Origin: an uncultured delta proteobacterium
GTDB taxonomy: Bacteria > Myxococcota_A > Polyangia > Fen-1088
DNA: 64,000 bases
Assembly (NCBI GenBank): GCA_963767925.1
Contig: CAVYGB010000010.1
Span: forward strand, 352,001-416,000
Direction of reading: 5' to 3'
Below are positions 51,557 through 61,429 of the stretch, in pieces; the first letter of the stretch is position 1; every line of letters begins with the position of its first letter. Under the pieces are notes generated by a model. That model was not told where the DNA came from and did no database searches. It saw only the letters and a program-made list of their open reading frames with translations. A program made the translations under genes and the position numbers.

Positions 51557-52297
51557 TCAGCCCGTCTCGTCCGGATCCGCCGTGGTCCAGCGCGGCGCCT
51601 CGCCGGCTGCTGGCCGCCCCTGCAACAGCTCGTGGGGACGGAACCCGGCCTTGTAGCGCATGGAGATGCAACCAAGCAGCCGATAGCCCAGGTAGACGTG
51701 TCGCTTTCCCACCTTGCGGGCGTGCTCGATCAAGGTGAGCACGTGGTTCACCCCGAGCGACAGCCGCTCCAGCGCCGGATCGTGGAAGAAGTAGACCGCG
51801 CTGAAGGCGGTCTCCGTCTCGTCGCAGATGCCGACGCCGACCAGCCTCCCCGCTTCCCGGTACAGCATCTCGCGGCTGCAGGCATCGACCGAGGCGAAGC
51901 TGCGCGTGTATTCGGCGGCGTCCAGCGCCGCCGGCTGCCAGCCGCGCCGCTGCTCGCGCACAGAGTGCCAGCGGTTGTGCAGGGCCAGGCGCTCCTCGTC
52001 GACCTGGGGGGGCCCCAGCTCCACTTGCAGGTGCTGGCACCGGTTGCGGGCGCGCCGCTGGGCCCGGGAGGGGTGGAAGGTGTCCACGTCGATCCGCAGC
52101 GACACGCACTCGCCGCAGGTCGCACAGGCCGGCCGGAACACCGCCGCGCCGAACCGCCGCCAGCCGCGCTCGAGCAGCCGGTCGAGGTCGGCCGGCTGCA
52201 GGCCGAGCAGCACCCGATACTCCATTTGCGCCTCCCGGTCCGGGAGGTAGTCACAGACGGCGGCTTCGGTGACGAAGTGCGCGAGCTCGAGCGGCAA
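51557..52297 (-). CDS. Arginyl-tRNA--protein transferase family (ATE/Bpt-like aminoacyl transferase)
   Basis: CDYLP, GWRRFG, FRP.C..C..C.SLR, SAVYFFHDP, SLG, YLGY, MRYK..FRP.E. Confidence 0.9.
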   Translation of the reverse strand: MPLELAHFVTEAAVCDYLPDREAQMEYRVLLGLQPADLDRLLERGWRRFGAAVFRPACATCGECVSLRIDVDTFHPSRAQRRARNRCQHLQVELGPPQVDEERLALHNRWHSVREQRRGWQPAALDAAEYTRSFASVDACSREMLYREAGRLVGVGICDETETAFSAVYFFHDPALERLSLGVNHVLTLIEHARKVGKRHVYLGYRLLGCISMRYKAGFRPHELLQGRPAAGEAPRWTTADPDETG

Positions 52298-52365
52298 CTC
52301 CTGATTGTGCCCCGCCCGCCGGCCGCCGTCGAGCGTCCGCGCCGGCCACGGCCTATAACAGGGCG

Positions 52366-53142
52366 GTGGGAGATCACCTGGTCCTGGCGGTCGCCGGCCT
52401 GCCGCCGGGGGCGGAGGTCCGCCGGCAGGCTGCCCGGATCGCCGATCTGGCGCCCGCTGACTTCGACCGCCGGCTGGTGGGGATCTTGCCCCGGGTGCTG
52501 CTCTCGGGGCTGTCCGGGGACCGCGCCGAGCAGCTCTCCACCGGCCTGGCCGCGCTGGGCTACACGCTGCTCACCTGCGATCCCGCGGCCGTCCCGGGTG
52601 ACGGGGACCGGCTGGTGGCTCGCGAGCTGCAGCTCGCGGACCGCGCGCTGGTCATCACCGATGGACAGGGCAACACCCACACCTGCCCCCGGGCGGCCAT
52701 CTCGCTGTTCCAGCGGGGAGTGCGGCTGTCCCGGACGACGACAAAGGCGACGACCTCCGAACGGCGCTTCTCGATCGGCAAGGCCCTGCTCTCCGGCGGG
52801 CTCCTGCTGACCAGCAAAGTGGAGCGAACCCAGGTCAAGACGCGCGACAGCCAGGAGGCCTTCCTGCTGGTCCAGCGAAGCGACGGCGAGCCAGACATCA
52901 TCGTCTACGAGCGCCGCCTCGACTACCGCTTCCTCGGTCCCGAGATGTCCACCTCCAGCCGGACCAACCTGGATCGGGTGCTCGCCGCCCTGTGTGGCCT
53001 GGCCCCCGACGTCGCCGTCGACGAGCGGGTCGCCCAGCCGGGCTTCGTCTCCGGTCTGCCCACCACGCCCGCCGATCCGGTCGACCTGGCCCTGTTCCTC
53101 GTCACCCTGGCCCGCCTCAAACACCCCGACCAGCAACCCTAG
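52366..53142 (+). CDS. Hypothetical protein
   Basis: 258-aa ORF with coding-like codon bias; TATAAC 6 nt upstream of the GTG. Confidence 0.7.
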   Translation: MGDHLVLAVAGLPPGAEVRRQAARIADLAPADFDRRLVGILPRVLLSGLSGDRAEQLSTGLAALGYTLLTCDPAAVPGDGDRLVARELQLADRALVITDGQGNTHTCPRAAISLFQRGVRLSRTTTKATTSERRFSIGKALLSGGLLLTSKVERTQVKTRDSQEAFLLVQRSDGEPDIIVYERRLDYRFLGPEMSTSSRTNLDRVLAALCGLAPDVAVDERVAQPGFVSGLPTTPADPVDLALFLVTLARLKHPDQQP

Positions 53143-54215
53143 GGGCGGCGGTCGCCTCCTTTTTCGACAAGCGCCAGCGTTTGCTCGAGCATTTGCCGCC
53201 GCCGGCCGTCGGTCTCAGCCTTCAGGATGCCCCGCAGCGCCCGCAGGTGGGCGACCTTCAGGGCGTCGGCCGCCGGCGTGGCCAGGTCCGGCTTGACCCC
53301 CACCCCCTCCCAGTTCGTCTTGGTGACCGGGTTGATCGCCCGCCCGGTGGGGACGAAGGCCACGAACCCCGCCCCCAGGGCCACCGGGCCGCCGGGGTGG
53401 GCGCCGCCGCCGGTTGTCTCGCCGATCAGGGTGGCGCGCTTCTGGGTCTGCAGATTGTAGCTGAACTCCTCGGCGCCGCTGAAGGTGCGGGCGCTGGTGA
53501 GGACGAAGACCGGCTTGTCGGGGTAGCGCGGGCCGGGCAGGGTCGACTCGGTCCAGAACTGCTGCGTCCGGTTCTTCGGGCGGTCGTAGATGTCGTTGAG
53601 GTGGACGCGCCGGCCTTCGGCGAACAGGTAGCTGCACAGGAAGGCGACCGTCTCGGGGTCACCGCCGCCGTTTTCGCGCAGGTCGACGATCAGGGCCTCG
53701 GTGTGGGCCAGCAGGTTCATGGCGGCGGTGAGCGCGGGGGCAGAGAGGGACCTGGGCGCGAAGGAGCGCAGGTCGAGCAGGCCGACGTTGCCGGGGAGCA
53801 CCTCGACCTTGCTCACGCCGAAGTTGTGGCGGGCCATCAGCCGGGCGAAGCGCGCCTTCTCCTCGACCGAGGGCTCGGCGTCGGGGTCGTCGGAGCCGCG
53901 GAAGCCAGGGTCGAAGCGCACGCGCAGGTGACCATCTCTTGTCGTCGCGCGCAGGCTCCTGGTCAACGCCTCGGCGAAGCCCTGCGCGTGGCGCTGGGCG
54001 TAGGTGCCAGCGGCGAGCTGGCGGGCCAGATCGCTGGCCGCCCGCTCGGCGACCTCCGGGAAGACGTAGTGGCGGCGCAGGGCCTGGGCGAGGGCCTGCA
54101 CAACGGCTTGCCGCTTGGCTCCGTCCATGGGTGCGTCGGGGGGCGGCGGGGACGGGGCGAGGGAGATCAGCCCGGGCAGGACCAGGGTGAAGACCAGGGC
54201 GGCGATGGACGACAT
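53139..54215 (-). CDS. S41 family peptidase (IRBP-like)
   Basis: DGHL, LPGNVG, LIVDLRENGGG, TFSGAE, IGETTGGGA, NWEGVGVKPD. Confidence 0.93.
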   Translation of the reverse strand: MSSIAALVFTLVLPGLISLAPSPPPPDAPMDGAKRQAVVQALAQALRRHYVFPEVAERAASDLARQLAAGTYAQRHAQGFAEALTRSLRATTRDGHLRVRFDPGFRGSDDPDAEPSVEEKARFARLMARHNFGVSKVEVLPGNVGLLDLRSFAPRSLSAPALTAAMNLLAHTEALIVDLRENGGGDPETVAFLCSYLFAEGRRVHLNDIYDRPKNRTQQFWTESTLPGPRYPDKPVFVLTSARTFSGAEEFSYNLQTQKRATLIGETTGGGAHPGGPVALGAGFVAFVPTGRAINPVTKTNWEGVGVKPDLATPAADALKVAHLRALRGILKAETDGRRRQMLEQTLALVEKGGDRRP

Positions 54216-54317
54216 GGAGCCTCCTCGGAGAGCCAGCGGATGCGTCCATCACCTTGCGGGCCGCTCCTGCCGGTCTCAAGGCGGCAAAGTGCCGGAATCC
54301 AGGCACAATGACGGGGC

Positions 54318-54758
54318 ATGACCAGGACGCATCTGGATGACACCGACCGGCGGCTGCTGGCGGAGCTCGAGGCGGATGGGCGGCTGACCCAGGTGGCGCT
54401 GGCGGCCCGGGTGGGGCTGTCGCGGACGGCGGTGCAGGAGCGCATCGCCCGGCTGGAGCGCGAGGGGGTGATCCAGGGGTACACGATTCGACTGCGCGAC
54501 CCGGGCGCCCGGCCGGGGCTGCGGGCGTACCTGCTGCTCAAGGGCGGGGCGAGCCACGAACGGGCGGTCAAGCTGCTGCGGGGCTTTCCCCAGGTGAAGG
54601 TGGCCGACTCGGTCAGCGGCGACATCGACCTCATCCTCCAGCTCGAGGCGGAACGTATCGAAGATGTCACGCGGGTGCGGGACGAGGTGGCAAAGCTGCC
54701 GGGCGTTGTCTCGACCCAGACGCTGGTGGTGATGACCCCCCGGTTCGATCGGCGCTGA
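54318..54758 (+). CDS. Lrp/AsnC family transcriptional regulator
   Basis: LDDTDRRLL..L..DGR..LA..VGLS..V..RI.RLE..GVIQGY; SGDID. Confidence 0.93.
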   Translation: MTRTHLDDTDRRLLAELEADGRLTQVALAARVGLSRTAVQERIARLEREGVIQGYTIRLRDPGARPGLRAYLLLKGGASHERAVKLLRGFPQVKVADSVSGDIDLILQLEAERIEDVTRVRDEVAKLPGVVSTQTLVVMTPRFDRR

Positions 54759-54841
54759 GCTGCGCCGGCTGGCCGGGGTCGCCGGGAAACCGGGTGGAAT
54801 TCGGGTCGCGGCGCCGGCCGATTTCTCGTAGAACTTGCCCC

Positions 54842-55261
54842 ATGAGCGACGCCAGCGCGAAGGACAAGGGCCCCCACCCCTTCACCGTCAACGTGGAGGA
54901 GGCCACCCTCCAGAACGCGAACTACCGGGCCACCTTGTGGACCGGCAAGTTCCTGCAGCTCACCGTCATGAGCATCGAGCCGGGCCACGACATCGGCCTC
55001 GAGGTGCACGAGGATCACGACCAGTTCCTGCGGGTGGAGGCGGGCCAGGCCCGGGTCCAGATGGGCCCCCGCAAGGACGACCTGTCGTACGACCGCACGG
55101 TGGAGGACGACTGGGTCATCCTGGTGCCGGCGGGGTCGTGGCACAACGTCACCAACGTGGGAAAGCAGCCGCTGAAGCTGTATTCGCTGTACGCCCCGCC
55201 GGAGCACCCCCACGGCACCGTGCACCGGACGAAGGAAGAGGCGGACGCGGCGGAGCACTAG
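54842..55261 (+). CDS. Cupin domain protein
   Basis: LWTG..LQLTVMSI, IGLEVH..HDQF, VPAGSWHNV.N, LKLYSLYAPPEH. Confidence 0.93.
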   Translation: MSDASAKDKGPHPFTVNVEEATLQNANYRATLWTGKFLQLTVMSIEPGHDIGLEVHEDHDQFLRVEAGQARVQMGPRKDDLSYDRTVEDDWVILVPAGSWHNVTNVGKQPLKLYSLYAPPEHPHGTVHRTKEEADAAEH

Positions 55262-55281
55262 ACCGTCTCGCTGGGCCGGCC

Positions 55282-55869
55282 GTGAAAGACGTCGTGAACG
55301 GAATCAGGAAGCGCCGGACGGCGATCGCATGCGCCCTGGGCCTGGGGATGGCGGCGGCGATCGGCTGCTCGGGGATCTTCGGTCGGGGCCAGGGCGAGGG
55401 CCCTTCTCCCGGTGCGCCGCCCGGGGACGCGGCGGCCTGCCAGGCGGCCGGGCTGGTCTGGCGGAGCGGGCGCAAGACGAACTACACCTCCTACCCCGAG
55501 CCGGGCAGCGAGGAGTGCATCGCGTACAGCGGGTGCAAATACGAGGGGCTGTTCGCCGCCTGCGAGGGGAAGCGATCGGAGGACTGGGTGCGCGCGCACA
55601 ACATCGCCGCCTTCTTCCCCGGCTTCGGCTCCATGCGGCTTCACGATCTGTGCATCCGCCGGGGGGACCGCTCGATGGTCGTGACGGTGTACGACACCTG
55701 CGGCGACGGGGACTGCAACGGCTGCTGCACCCGGAACCAGGGGAGCGCCGAGGCGCTGGTCGACCTCGAGCACTACACCAACGCCCGCTTCGGTCTGGCC
55801 GACGGGCCGATCGAGTGGGCCGATCTCGGCCCCACCCGCTCGGCGGGCTGCGACGCGCCCGGGCGCTGA
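55282..55869 (+). CDS. Cys-rich lipoprotein, possible double-psi beta-barrel (RlpA/expansin-like) fold
   Basis: Lipobox AIGC; TNYTSYP, NIAA, VTVYDTCGD..C, VDLE; start uncertain. Confidence 0.6.
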   Translation: MKDVVNGIRKRRTAIACALGLGMAAAIGCSGIFGRGQGEGPSPGAPPGDAAACQAAGLVWRSGRKTNYTSYPEPGSEECIAYSGCKYEGLFAACEGKRSEDWVRAHNIAAFFPGFGSMRLHDLCIRRGDRSMVVTVYDTCGDGDCNGCCTRNQGSAEALVDLEHYTNARFGLADGPIEWADLGPTRSAGCDAPGR

Positions 55870-55958
55870 GCGGCCGGCGCCATTCGTCCCCGAACCAGCG
55901 GCTGGTCGGGCTCGCACCCGCCGGCGCCTGACGTACACTGCCGGTCCAGCGAGCCCCC

Positions 55959-56958
55959 ATGTCAGACGCCATCGAAACCAGCGCCCTCGTCAAGACCTTC
56001 GGGATCCACCCGCGCCCTCGACGGGGTGAACCTGTCCATCCGGGGCGGCTCCGTCTACGGGCTCCTGGGGCCCAACGGCGCCGGCAAGACCACCATCATC
56101 CGGGTGCTGACGACTCTGCTGCAGCCGACCAGCGGTCGGGCCTCCGTGCTGGGGCACGACGTGGTTCGCGAGGCGGCGACCGTGCGCGAGAAGGTCAGCC
56201 TGACCGGGCAATACGCCTCGGTGGACGAAGATCTCACGGGCCACGAGAACCTGCGTCCTCGTCGCCCGGCTGCTGGGCCTGTCGTGGCGGGACGCCCGGA
56301 GCGCGCGCCAGCGAGCTGCTGGAGGCCTTCGGCCTGGCGGACGCGGCCGGCCGGCAGGTGCGCACCTATCTCGGGCGGCATGCGCCGGCGCATCGACATC
56401 GCCGCCAGCCTCGTCACCCGGCCCGAGATCCTGTTCCTCGACGAGCCGACGACCGGGCTGGACCCGCGCAGCCGCAACCAGGTGTGGGATCTCGTGCGCC
56501 AGATCGCCGCCGACGGGACCACGGTGCTGCTGACCACCCAGTACCTGGAGGAGGCGGACCGCCTGGCCGAACGCATGGCGGTCATCGACCACGGGCGGGT
56601 GATCGCCGAGGGGACCAGCCGCGAGCTCAAGGCCTCCATCGGCAGCAACGCCCTGCTGGTCCACCTGGCCAAGCCCGAGCAGCGCGCCTCAGGCGCAGAC
56701 GCTCATCGCCGGCTTGCTCGGCGACGGCGTCCTGCCCACCACCGACCCCGCGATCGATCACGGTGAAGGTGGCGGACGCCGCCGCGGCCACCGAGGTGCT
56801 CGCGCGCGCTGGCGCGGGCCAACATCCCGGTGACCAACTTCTCCCTGGGCACGCCCAGCCTGGACGACGTGTTCTTCGCCCTGACCGGGCGGCCCGCCGA
56901 GGACCGAGCCGCCGAAGGAACCAGCGGCAAAGGCAACGGAAAGGAAGCCCGCCCATGA
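55959..56958 (+). CDS. DrrA-like ABC ATP-binding protein, multiple frameshifts (probably sequencing errors)
   Basis: [42 protein letters not shown] in different frames. Confidence 0.9.
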
Positions 56959-57775
56959 CCACCGACGCGATCCCCACCCAGCGGGAGGGCCTGCTCCTGC
57001 GGCATCGCCCGCGACCGGTCTCGGCCCTGTCCGCGGTCGGCACCCTGGCCTGGCGGGCCATGCTGAAGATCAAACACGTCCCGTTCCAGCTCTTCGACGT
57101 GACGGTCACGCCGATCATGTTCACCCTGCTGTTCACGTACATGTTCGGCGGGGCGCTGGCGCGGCTCACCGCGGGCGTACATCCAGTTCCTGCTGCCCGG
57201 CATCCTGGTGCAGACCATCATCTTCATCACCGTCTACACCGGCGTCGGCCTGAACACCGACATCCAGAAGGGCCTCTTCGACCGCTTCCGCTCGCTGCCC
57301 ATGTGGCAGCCGGCGCCCATCCTGGGCGCGCTGGCCGGCGACCTGTTCCGCTACTCCGTCGCCTCGCTGCTGATCATCGTGCTGGGTCTGATCCTGGGCT
57401 TTCGCCCGGGCGGCGGCGCGCTCGGGGTCCTGCTGGCCTTCGCCCTGGTGCTGATCTTCGCCTTCGCCGTGTCGTGGATCTGGATCATCTTCGGCATGAA
57501 GGTCAAGACGCCCGAGTCGGTGATGACCACCAGCTTCGTCTTCCTGATGCCGCTCACCTTCGCCAGCAACATCTTCGTCGGCCTCGAGACCATGCCCGCG
57601 TGGCTGCAGGCCGTCGTGCGCCACAACCCGGTCACCCACCTGACCAACGCCTCCCGCGGCCTCATGCACGGCAAGCCCGTCGGCCGCCGACGTCGTCTGG
57701 GTGCTTGTCGCCTCCGCCGTCATCGTGCTCGTCGCCGCCCCCATCGCCCTGCGCATGTACCACCGCGAGCGCTGA
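56955..57775 (+). CDS. DrrB-like ABC-2 permease, frameshifted
   Basis: WRAMLKIKHVP, GLFDRFRSLP, PLTFASNIFV, MPAWLQ..HNPVT; ATGA overlap with the ATPase. Confidence 0.88.
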
Positions 57776-57826
57776 CCCCCTTGGTGACGGCGCCCGCCTC
57801 GGCGCGCGCCGTGATTGCGGCGACGG

Positions 57827-58849
57827 TCAGTTCGTCGCGGCGGCTTCGGGGGGGAGCGCGAGGTCGCCGAGGACGTACTGGATGCCGTCGAGGTAGAAGG
57901 TGAGGACGCGCGGATCCCAGGAGGAGTCGGCGATGTGGCCGAACATGCCGTAAAAGACGCGGCCGGCGCCGTGGCGCTTGATCCAGGAGACGGCGAAGTC
58001 CTTGTCGGTGCGGTGGATGGGCTTGACGCCGGCGGTGGCGGGGTCGGACAGGTCGAGGGTCATCAGCACGCGGCGGTCGGAGCGGCGGTAGGGGTCGGCC
58101 AGCTCGTAGAACTCTTCCTTGATCTTGAAGTCCTGGCCGGCCCAGGCCCGCAGCAGCGGATGCTGGGGCTCGGCCAGCTCGACCGCCCAGCTCCCCGAGG
58201 GGTTCCAGGGGTGTCCGCCGAAGGTGGCGCCCACCACCTCGGCCCCCTCGGGCCAGTACTTGAAGGTGTCGATCGCGGCGTGGATCCCGACCACGCCGCC
58301 GCCCGCCCCCACCCAGTCGAGCAGCGCCTGCTGCTTGGCCGCGTCGGGCAGGACGACGTGGGCGGTGCTGTTGAGCACCAGGGCGTCGTAGCGGGAGAGC
58401 ACGCGGCGGTCGAACACCTCGTAGTCGCGCGAGAAGTGGACCTCGAAGGCGCCGGTCTTCTTGCCCAGCAGGGCGAGGGCGTGGTTGGCGGCGGGCACGC
58501 CCCCCTTGTGCAAGATCGCGTCGGCACGCCAGAACACCAGCAGCTTGCGCGGCTTGCGCGCGGCGACCGCGGCCCGCGCCGGGATGGCGGCGGCGATCCG
58601 ATCCAGCACCTCGGCCGACAGGGGCGGCAGCGGCACGGTGAAGGTGTTCAAGGTGCCGCCGGCGTCGGCGGCGACCATCTTCTGGCCGTTGGGGTTGAAG
58701 GCCACCGCCCCCACCGGCCGGGTGTGTCCGGTCTGGGTGCAGAGCAGGCGGCCGGAGGGGACGTCCCAGACCTGGACGGTGCGGCCGGCGGCGGTGGCGA
58801 GCTCGTCGCTCCGCGGGCTGAGCGCGACGGCGGCGATCTCGCCGGGGAT
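57827..58849 (-). CDS. ThuA-like (class I glutamine amidotransferase fold) protein preceded by WD40 repeats; 5' end missing
   Basis: IAAVALSP..VQVWDVPSGRLL..GHTRPVGAVAFNPNG in frame with YDALVLNST, GGGVVGIHAA, FGGHPW, EEFY, GRVFY..GH; no start codon upstream of the WD40. Confidence 0.75.
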   Translation of the reverse strand: MPGEIAAVALSPRSDELATAAGRTVQVWDVPSGRLLCTQTGHTRPVGAVAFNPNGQKMVAADAGGTLNTFTVPLPPLSAEVLDRIAAAIPARAAVAARKPRKLLVFWRADAILHKGGVPAANHALALLGKKTGAFEVHFSRDYEVFDRRVLSRYDALVLNSTAHVVLPDAAKQQALLDWVGAGGGVVGIHAAIDTFKYWPEGAEVVGATFGGHPWNPSGSWAVELAEPQHPLLRAWAGQDFKIKEEFYELADPYRRSDRRVLMTLDLSDPATAGVKPIHRTDKDFAVSWIKRHGAGRVFYGMFGHIADSSWDPRVLTFYLDGIQYVLGDLALPPEAAATN

Positions 58850-58851
58850 GC

Positions 58852-59441
58852 GCCTACCCGCTGAAGAACAGCGGTGCCTTCGAGATGAAGGTCGACCTGG
58901 CCCGGGGCAAGGGGAGCGACGCGGACATCGTCTGGCAATACCAGCAAGACCAGGGCAGCGAACGACTTGGCGCGAAGGGCCTGGTGGCGGTGCGGCTCGG
59001 TGACGGCGCCAGCCCCCGACCGGCGGCGGTGACCTTCGGCGCCGACGGCACGCCGCTCGCGCTCATCGTGGACGGCGAGCCACCGGTGCCGCCGGGGCTC
59101 CTCGTCCCGCGGCTGCGCGAACGGTCGGCCGTCGCGCCGGCAGGTGGGGGCACCGGCGCCCGCCTCGTGCCGCCGATCCTGGTCGGCCTGGGGATCGTCG
59201 CGGTGGTGGCGGGCGGCCTCTTGTGGGCGAGGAGCCTGGACAACGTCGCGTGCGGCATCACCTCGCTGGGCGGCGGATGCCCCGAGTCGTCCCCCTCCAG
59301 CGGCGGCGCCCAGGCGCTGGCCGGTCTCGGTGTTCTGACCATCGTCGCCGGCCTGATCGCCGGCTCGGCCGCCCCGGCAGACGCCCCCGGCCCCCCCGCC
59401 GCGGCCCGCCGTTCGTCCTCACTTTCAGCGACCGCTTCTGA
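58852..59441 (+). CDS. Hypothetical membrane protein, probably 5'-truncated, with likely frameshift at a C-run near 59390
   Basis: Coding-like frame AYPLKNSGAFEMKVD..; two hydrophobic helices; alternative frame ends FVLTFSDRF*. Confidence 0.5.
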
Positions 59442-59495
59442 TCAGGTCCGGCGCGCCATCGACGGCGCGCGGGTGTCGACCGGGTCTCCGCGGGG

Positions 59496-60455
59496 CTACC
59501 CGCGCGATCCCAGGCTCGCCTGGATCTTCAGCTTGCGCTCACAGGCCCGGGCGCCCTTGCACTTCTTGGCGATGAAGTCGCGGACGGTCTGCTCCAGGAA
59601 GGTGACGAGCTGGCGTTCGCTGGTGGCCGGAGGCTGGCCCCGGCAGGCGGCGAGGGCGAAGGCGGTGGCGCTGAGGCGGTGCGTGTGTCCCTCCGGGGAG
59701 GTCCAGCTCAGCGGGGGCGGATCGGCGCGCGGGTCGGTCTCCTGCTGCGCGAGCCGGAGGGTACGCTCCGGGACGATCGTCCGCGACCCGTCGCGGCGAT
59801 CGGTGAGCGCCAAGCCATAGAAGCTCCCCTGCGCGCCCTCCACGATGTCGACCAGCACCTCCAGAGGGCCGGAGGCGCAGGCCAGCTCCACCGCCCGCTT
59901 CGGGTGGGCGGCCCCCTCGGGAGGCGCGGCGCGCTCCTCGGGTGGACCGGGGCTCTCGCCCTGGCCTCCGCAGGTCGTGCCGTCGCTGACCTGGAAGATG
60001 CGGACCTTCAGCTCGCTCGTCCGGGCGCCGAGCGCGCAGGTGTCGACATCGAGCTGCCGGTAAGCCGGCACAACGAGCTCGATGTAGCGCCCTCCGGTAG
60101 GCGCCCCGCCGAGGGTGGCCGTCGCGGCAAAGTCATGCAGGTTCTTGCACCGCGCGCCGCGGACCGGGTAGGCCGCGGTGAAGGTCCCCGCGAGGCTGGC
60201 GCTCGCGACATCGAAGCGAACGCCGGGCGGAACGTCGTGCTGGATCTGGGCGCGGGAACGGCGCACAACCGTCCCCCTGGTCCTGCCGCCCTCGCTGGTG
60301 ACACATATCGTGCCGACGGAGGTGCAATCCCCCTTGTCGGGCGTGGCCGCACATCGTTGCTCGGTGATGTAGAGCCCACCACCTGGACCGGGATCGGCCC
60401 AGGCCCGTGAGACGCACAACCAGGAGCCGATGGCGGCCAGCGCGAGCCTCCTCAT
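59496..60455 (-). CDS. Hypothetical secreted Cys-containing protein
   Basis: Signal peptide MRRLALAAIGSWLCVSRAWA; many cysteines. Confidence 0.6.
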   Translation of the reverse strand: MRRLALAAIGSWLCVSRAWADPGPGGGLYITEQRCAATPDKGDCTSVGTICVTSEGGRTRGTVVRRSRAQIQHDVPPGVRFDVASASLAGTFTAAYPVRGARCKNLHDFAATATLGGAPTGGRYIELVVPAYRQLDVDTCALGARTSELKVRIFQVSDGTTCGGQGESPGPPEERAAPPEGAAHPKRAVELACASGPLEVLVDIVEGAQGSFYGLALTDRRDGSRTIVPERTLRLAQQETDPRADPPPLSWTSPEGHTHRLSATAFALAACRGQPPATSERQLVTFLEQTVRDFIAKKCKGARACERKLKIQASLGSRG

Positions 60456-60508
60456 CGAAAAATTCCTTCGGCTCAAGCGGTTGCCGCTTTAGCTCGAGAT
60501 CAGGAGGC

Positions 60509-61429
60509 ATGCGTGCTCTCCTGGCGCTGTCTCTTGGCGGTTTCTGTCTCGTGACCGGGGCCTGTGGCGCTCACGTCCCGCAGCCGTACGTGGCTCCCCC
60601 GCTGCCCCCTCCTCCGACGCCGCTCAAGAGCGTGCCCCACGCCCTGGTCCACACAAACGGGGTCACGATTCGCTCGGCCGAGGGGTCGTTCCAGCTCCAG
60701 GCGGGCGCCCACGCGGTCACGCCCTTTTCCTCCGCCGATTGCCCGGAAGAGCCCGACACCTCCAACTACGTCCTGGCCATCCAGGCCGGGGGCCAGGCGG
60801 TGTGGGTCGACATCCCGGGTCGGCCGCAGCCGCTCGCCGGGATCCTGCTGTTCTGTGATGTGCCAGAGACCGCGACCGGCCCGGCCACCCGGATGCACCT
60901 GGTCCGCATTCCAGACCAGTACGTGGAAGCGACCGCCGGCGGCCGCATGAGCGTTGTCTACGAGCCGCTGATGGCCCGGGTGGGCTTCGAGCAGAAGAAG
61001 GTGGCCACCTGGATCCTGTACCTGTCCGAACACCCGGTGCCTGGTCTGAACTGGCCGGCCACCGGGGCGGGCGGGGGCAACCGTGGCACCGTCAGCAAAC
61101 CCGAGGCGGGCATCGGCGGCTCCCACGCGGGGCGCATCAGCGGGGCCCAGGGCGAACAGTTCAGCTCCGCGCCGGGCTCGGTCGGCCTGCGGCTCGAAGC
61201 CCGCAACGGCCAGGTGGTGGTGACCGGCGTTCAAGCGGGCGGCCCGGCGGAGGCGGCGGGCATCGGCTCGGGTGATGTCATCGTGTCCGTCGGCCCGGTT
61301 ATCGCGGCGAAGGCGCCCCTGCAGCAGGTGGTGGGCGCGCTGAAGGGGCAGTCCGGGTCGACGGTGTTCGTCACCGTGCGCCGGAGCTCCTCCGGTCTGG
61401 ACGAAGTGCTGGCTGTGCAGCGGCGGTGA
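60509..61429 (+). CDS. Lipoprotein with C-terminal PDZ domain
   Basis: AGGAGG RBS; lipobox TGAC; VGLRL..VVVTGV..GGPAEAAGI.SGDVIVSV..LKG..GSTV.VTVRR. Confidence 0.8.
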   Translation: MRALLALSLGGFCLVTGACGAHVPQPYVAPPLPPPPTPLKSVPHALVHTNGVTIRSAEGSFQLQAGAHAVTPFSSADCPEEPDTSNYVLAIQAGGQAVWVDIPGRPQPLAGILLFCDVPETATGPATRMHLVRIPDQYVEATAGGRMSVVYEPLMARVGFEQKKVATWILYLSEHPVPGLNWPATGAGGGNRGTVSKPEAGIGGSHAGRISGAQGEQFSSAPGSVGLRLEARNGQVVVTGVQAGGPAEAAGIGSGDVIVSVGPVIAAKAPLQQVVGALKGQSGSTVFVTVRRSSSGLDEVLAVQRR

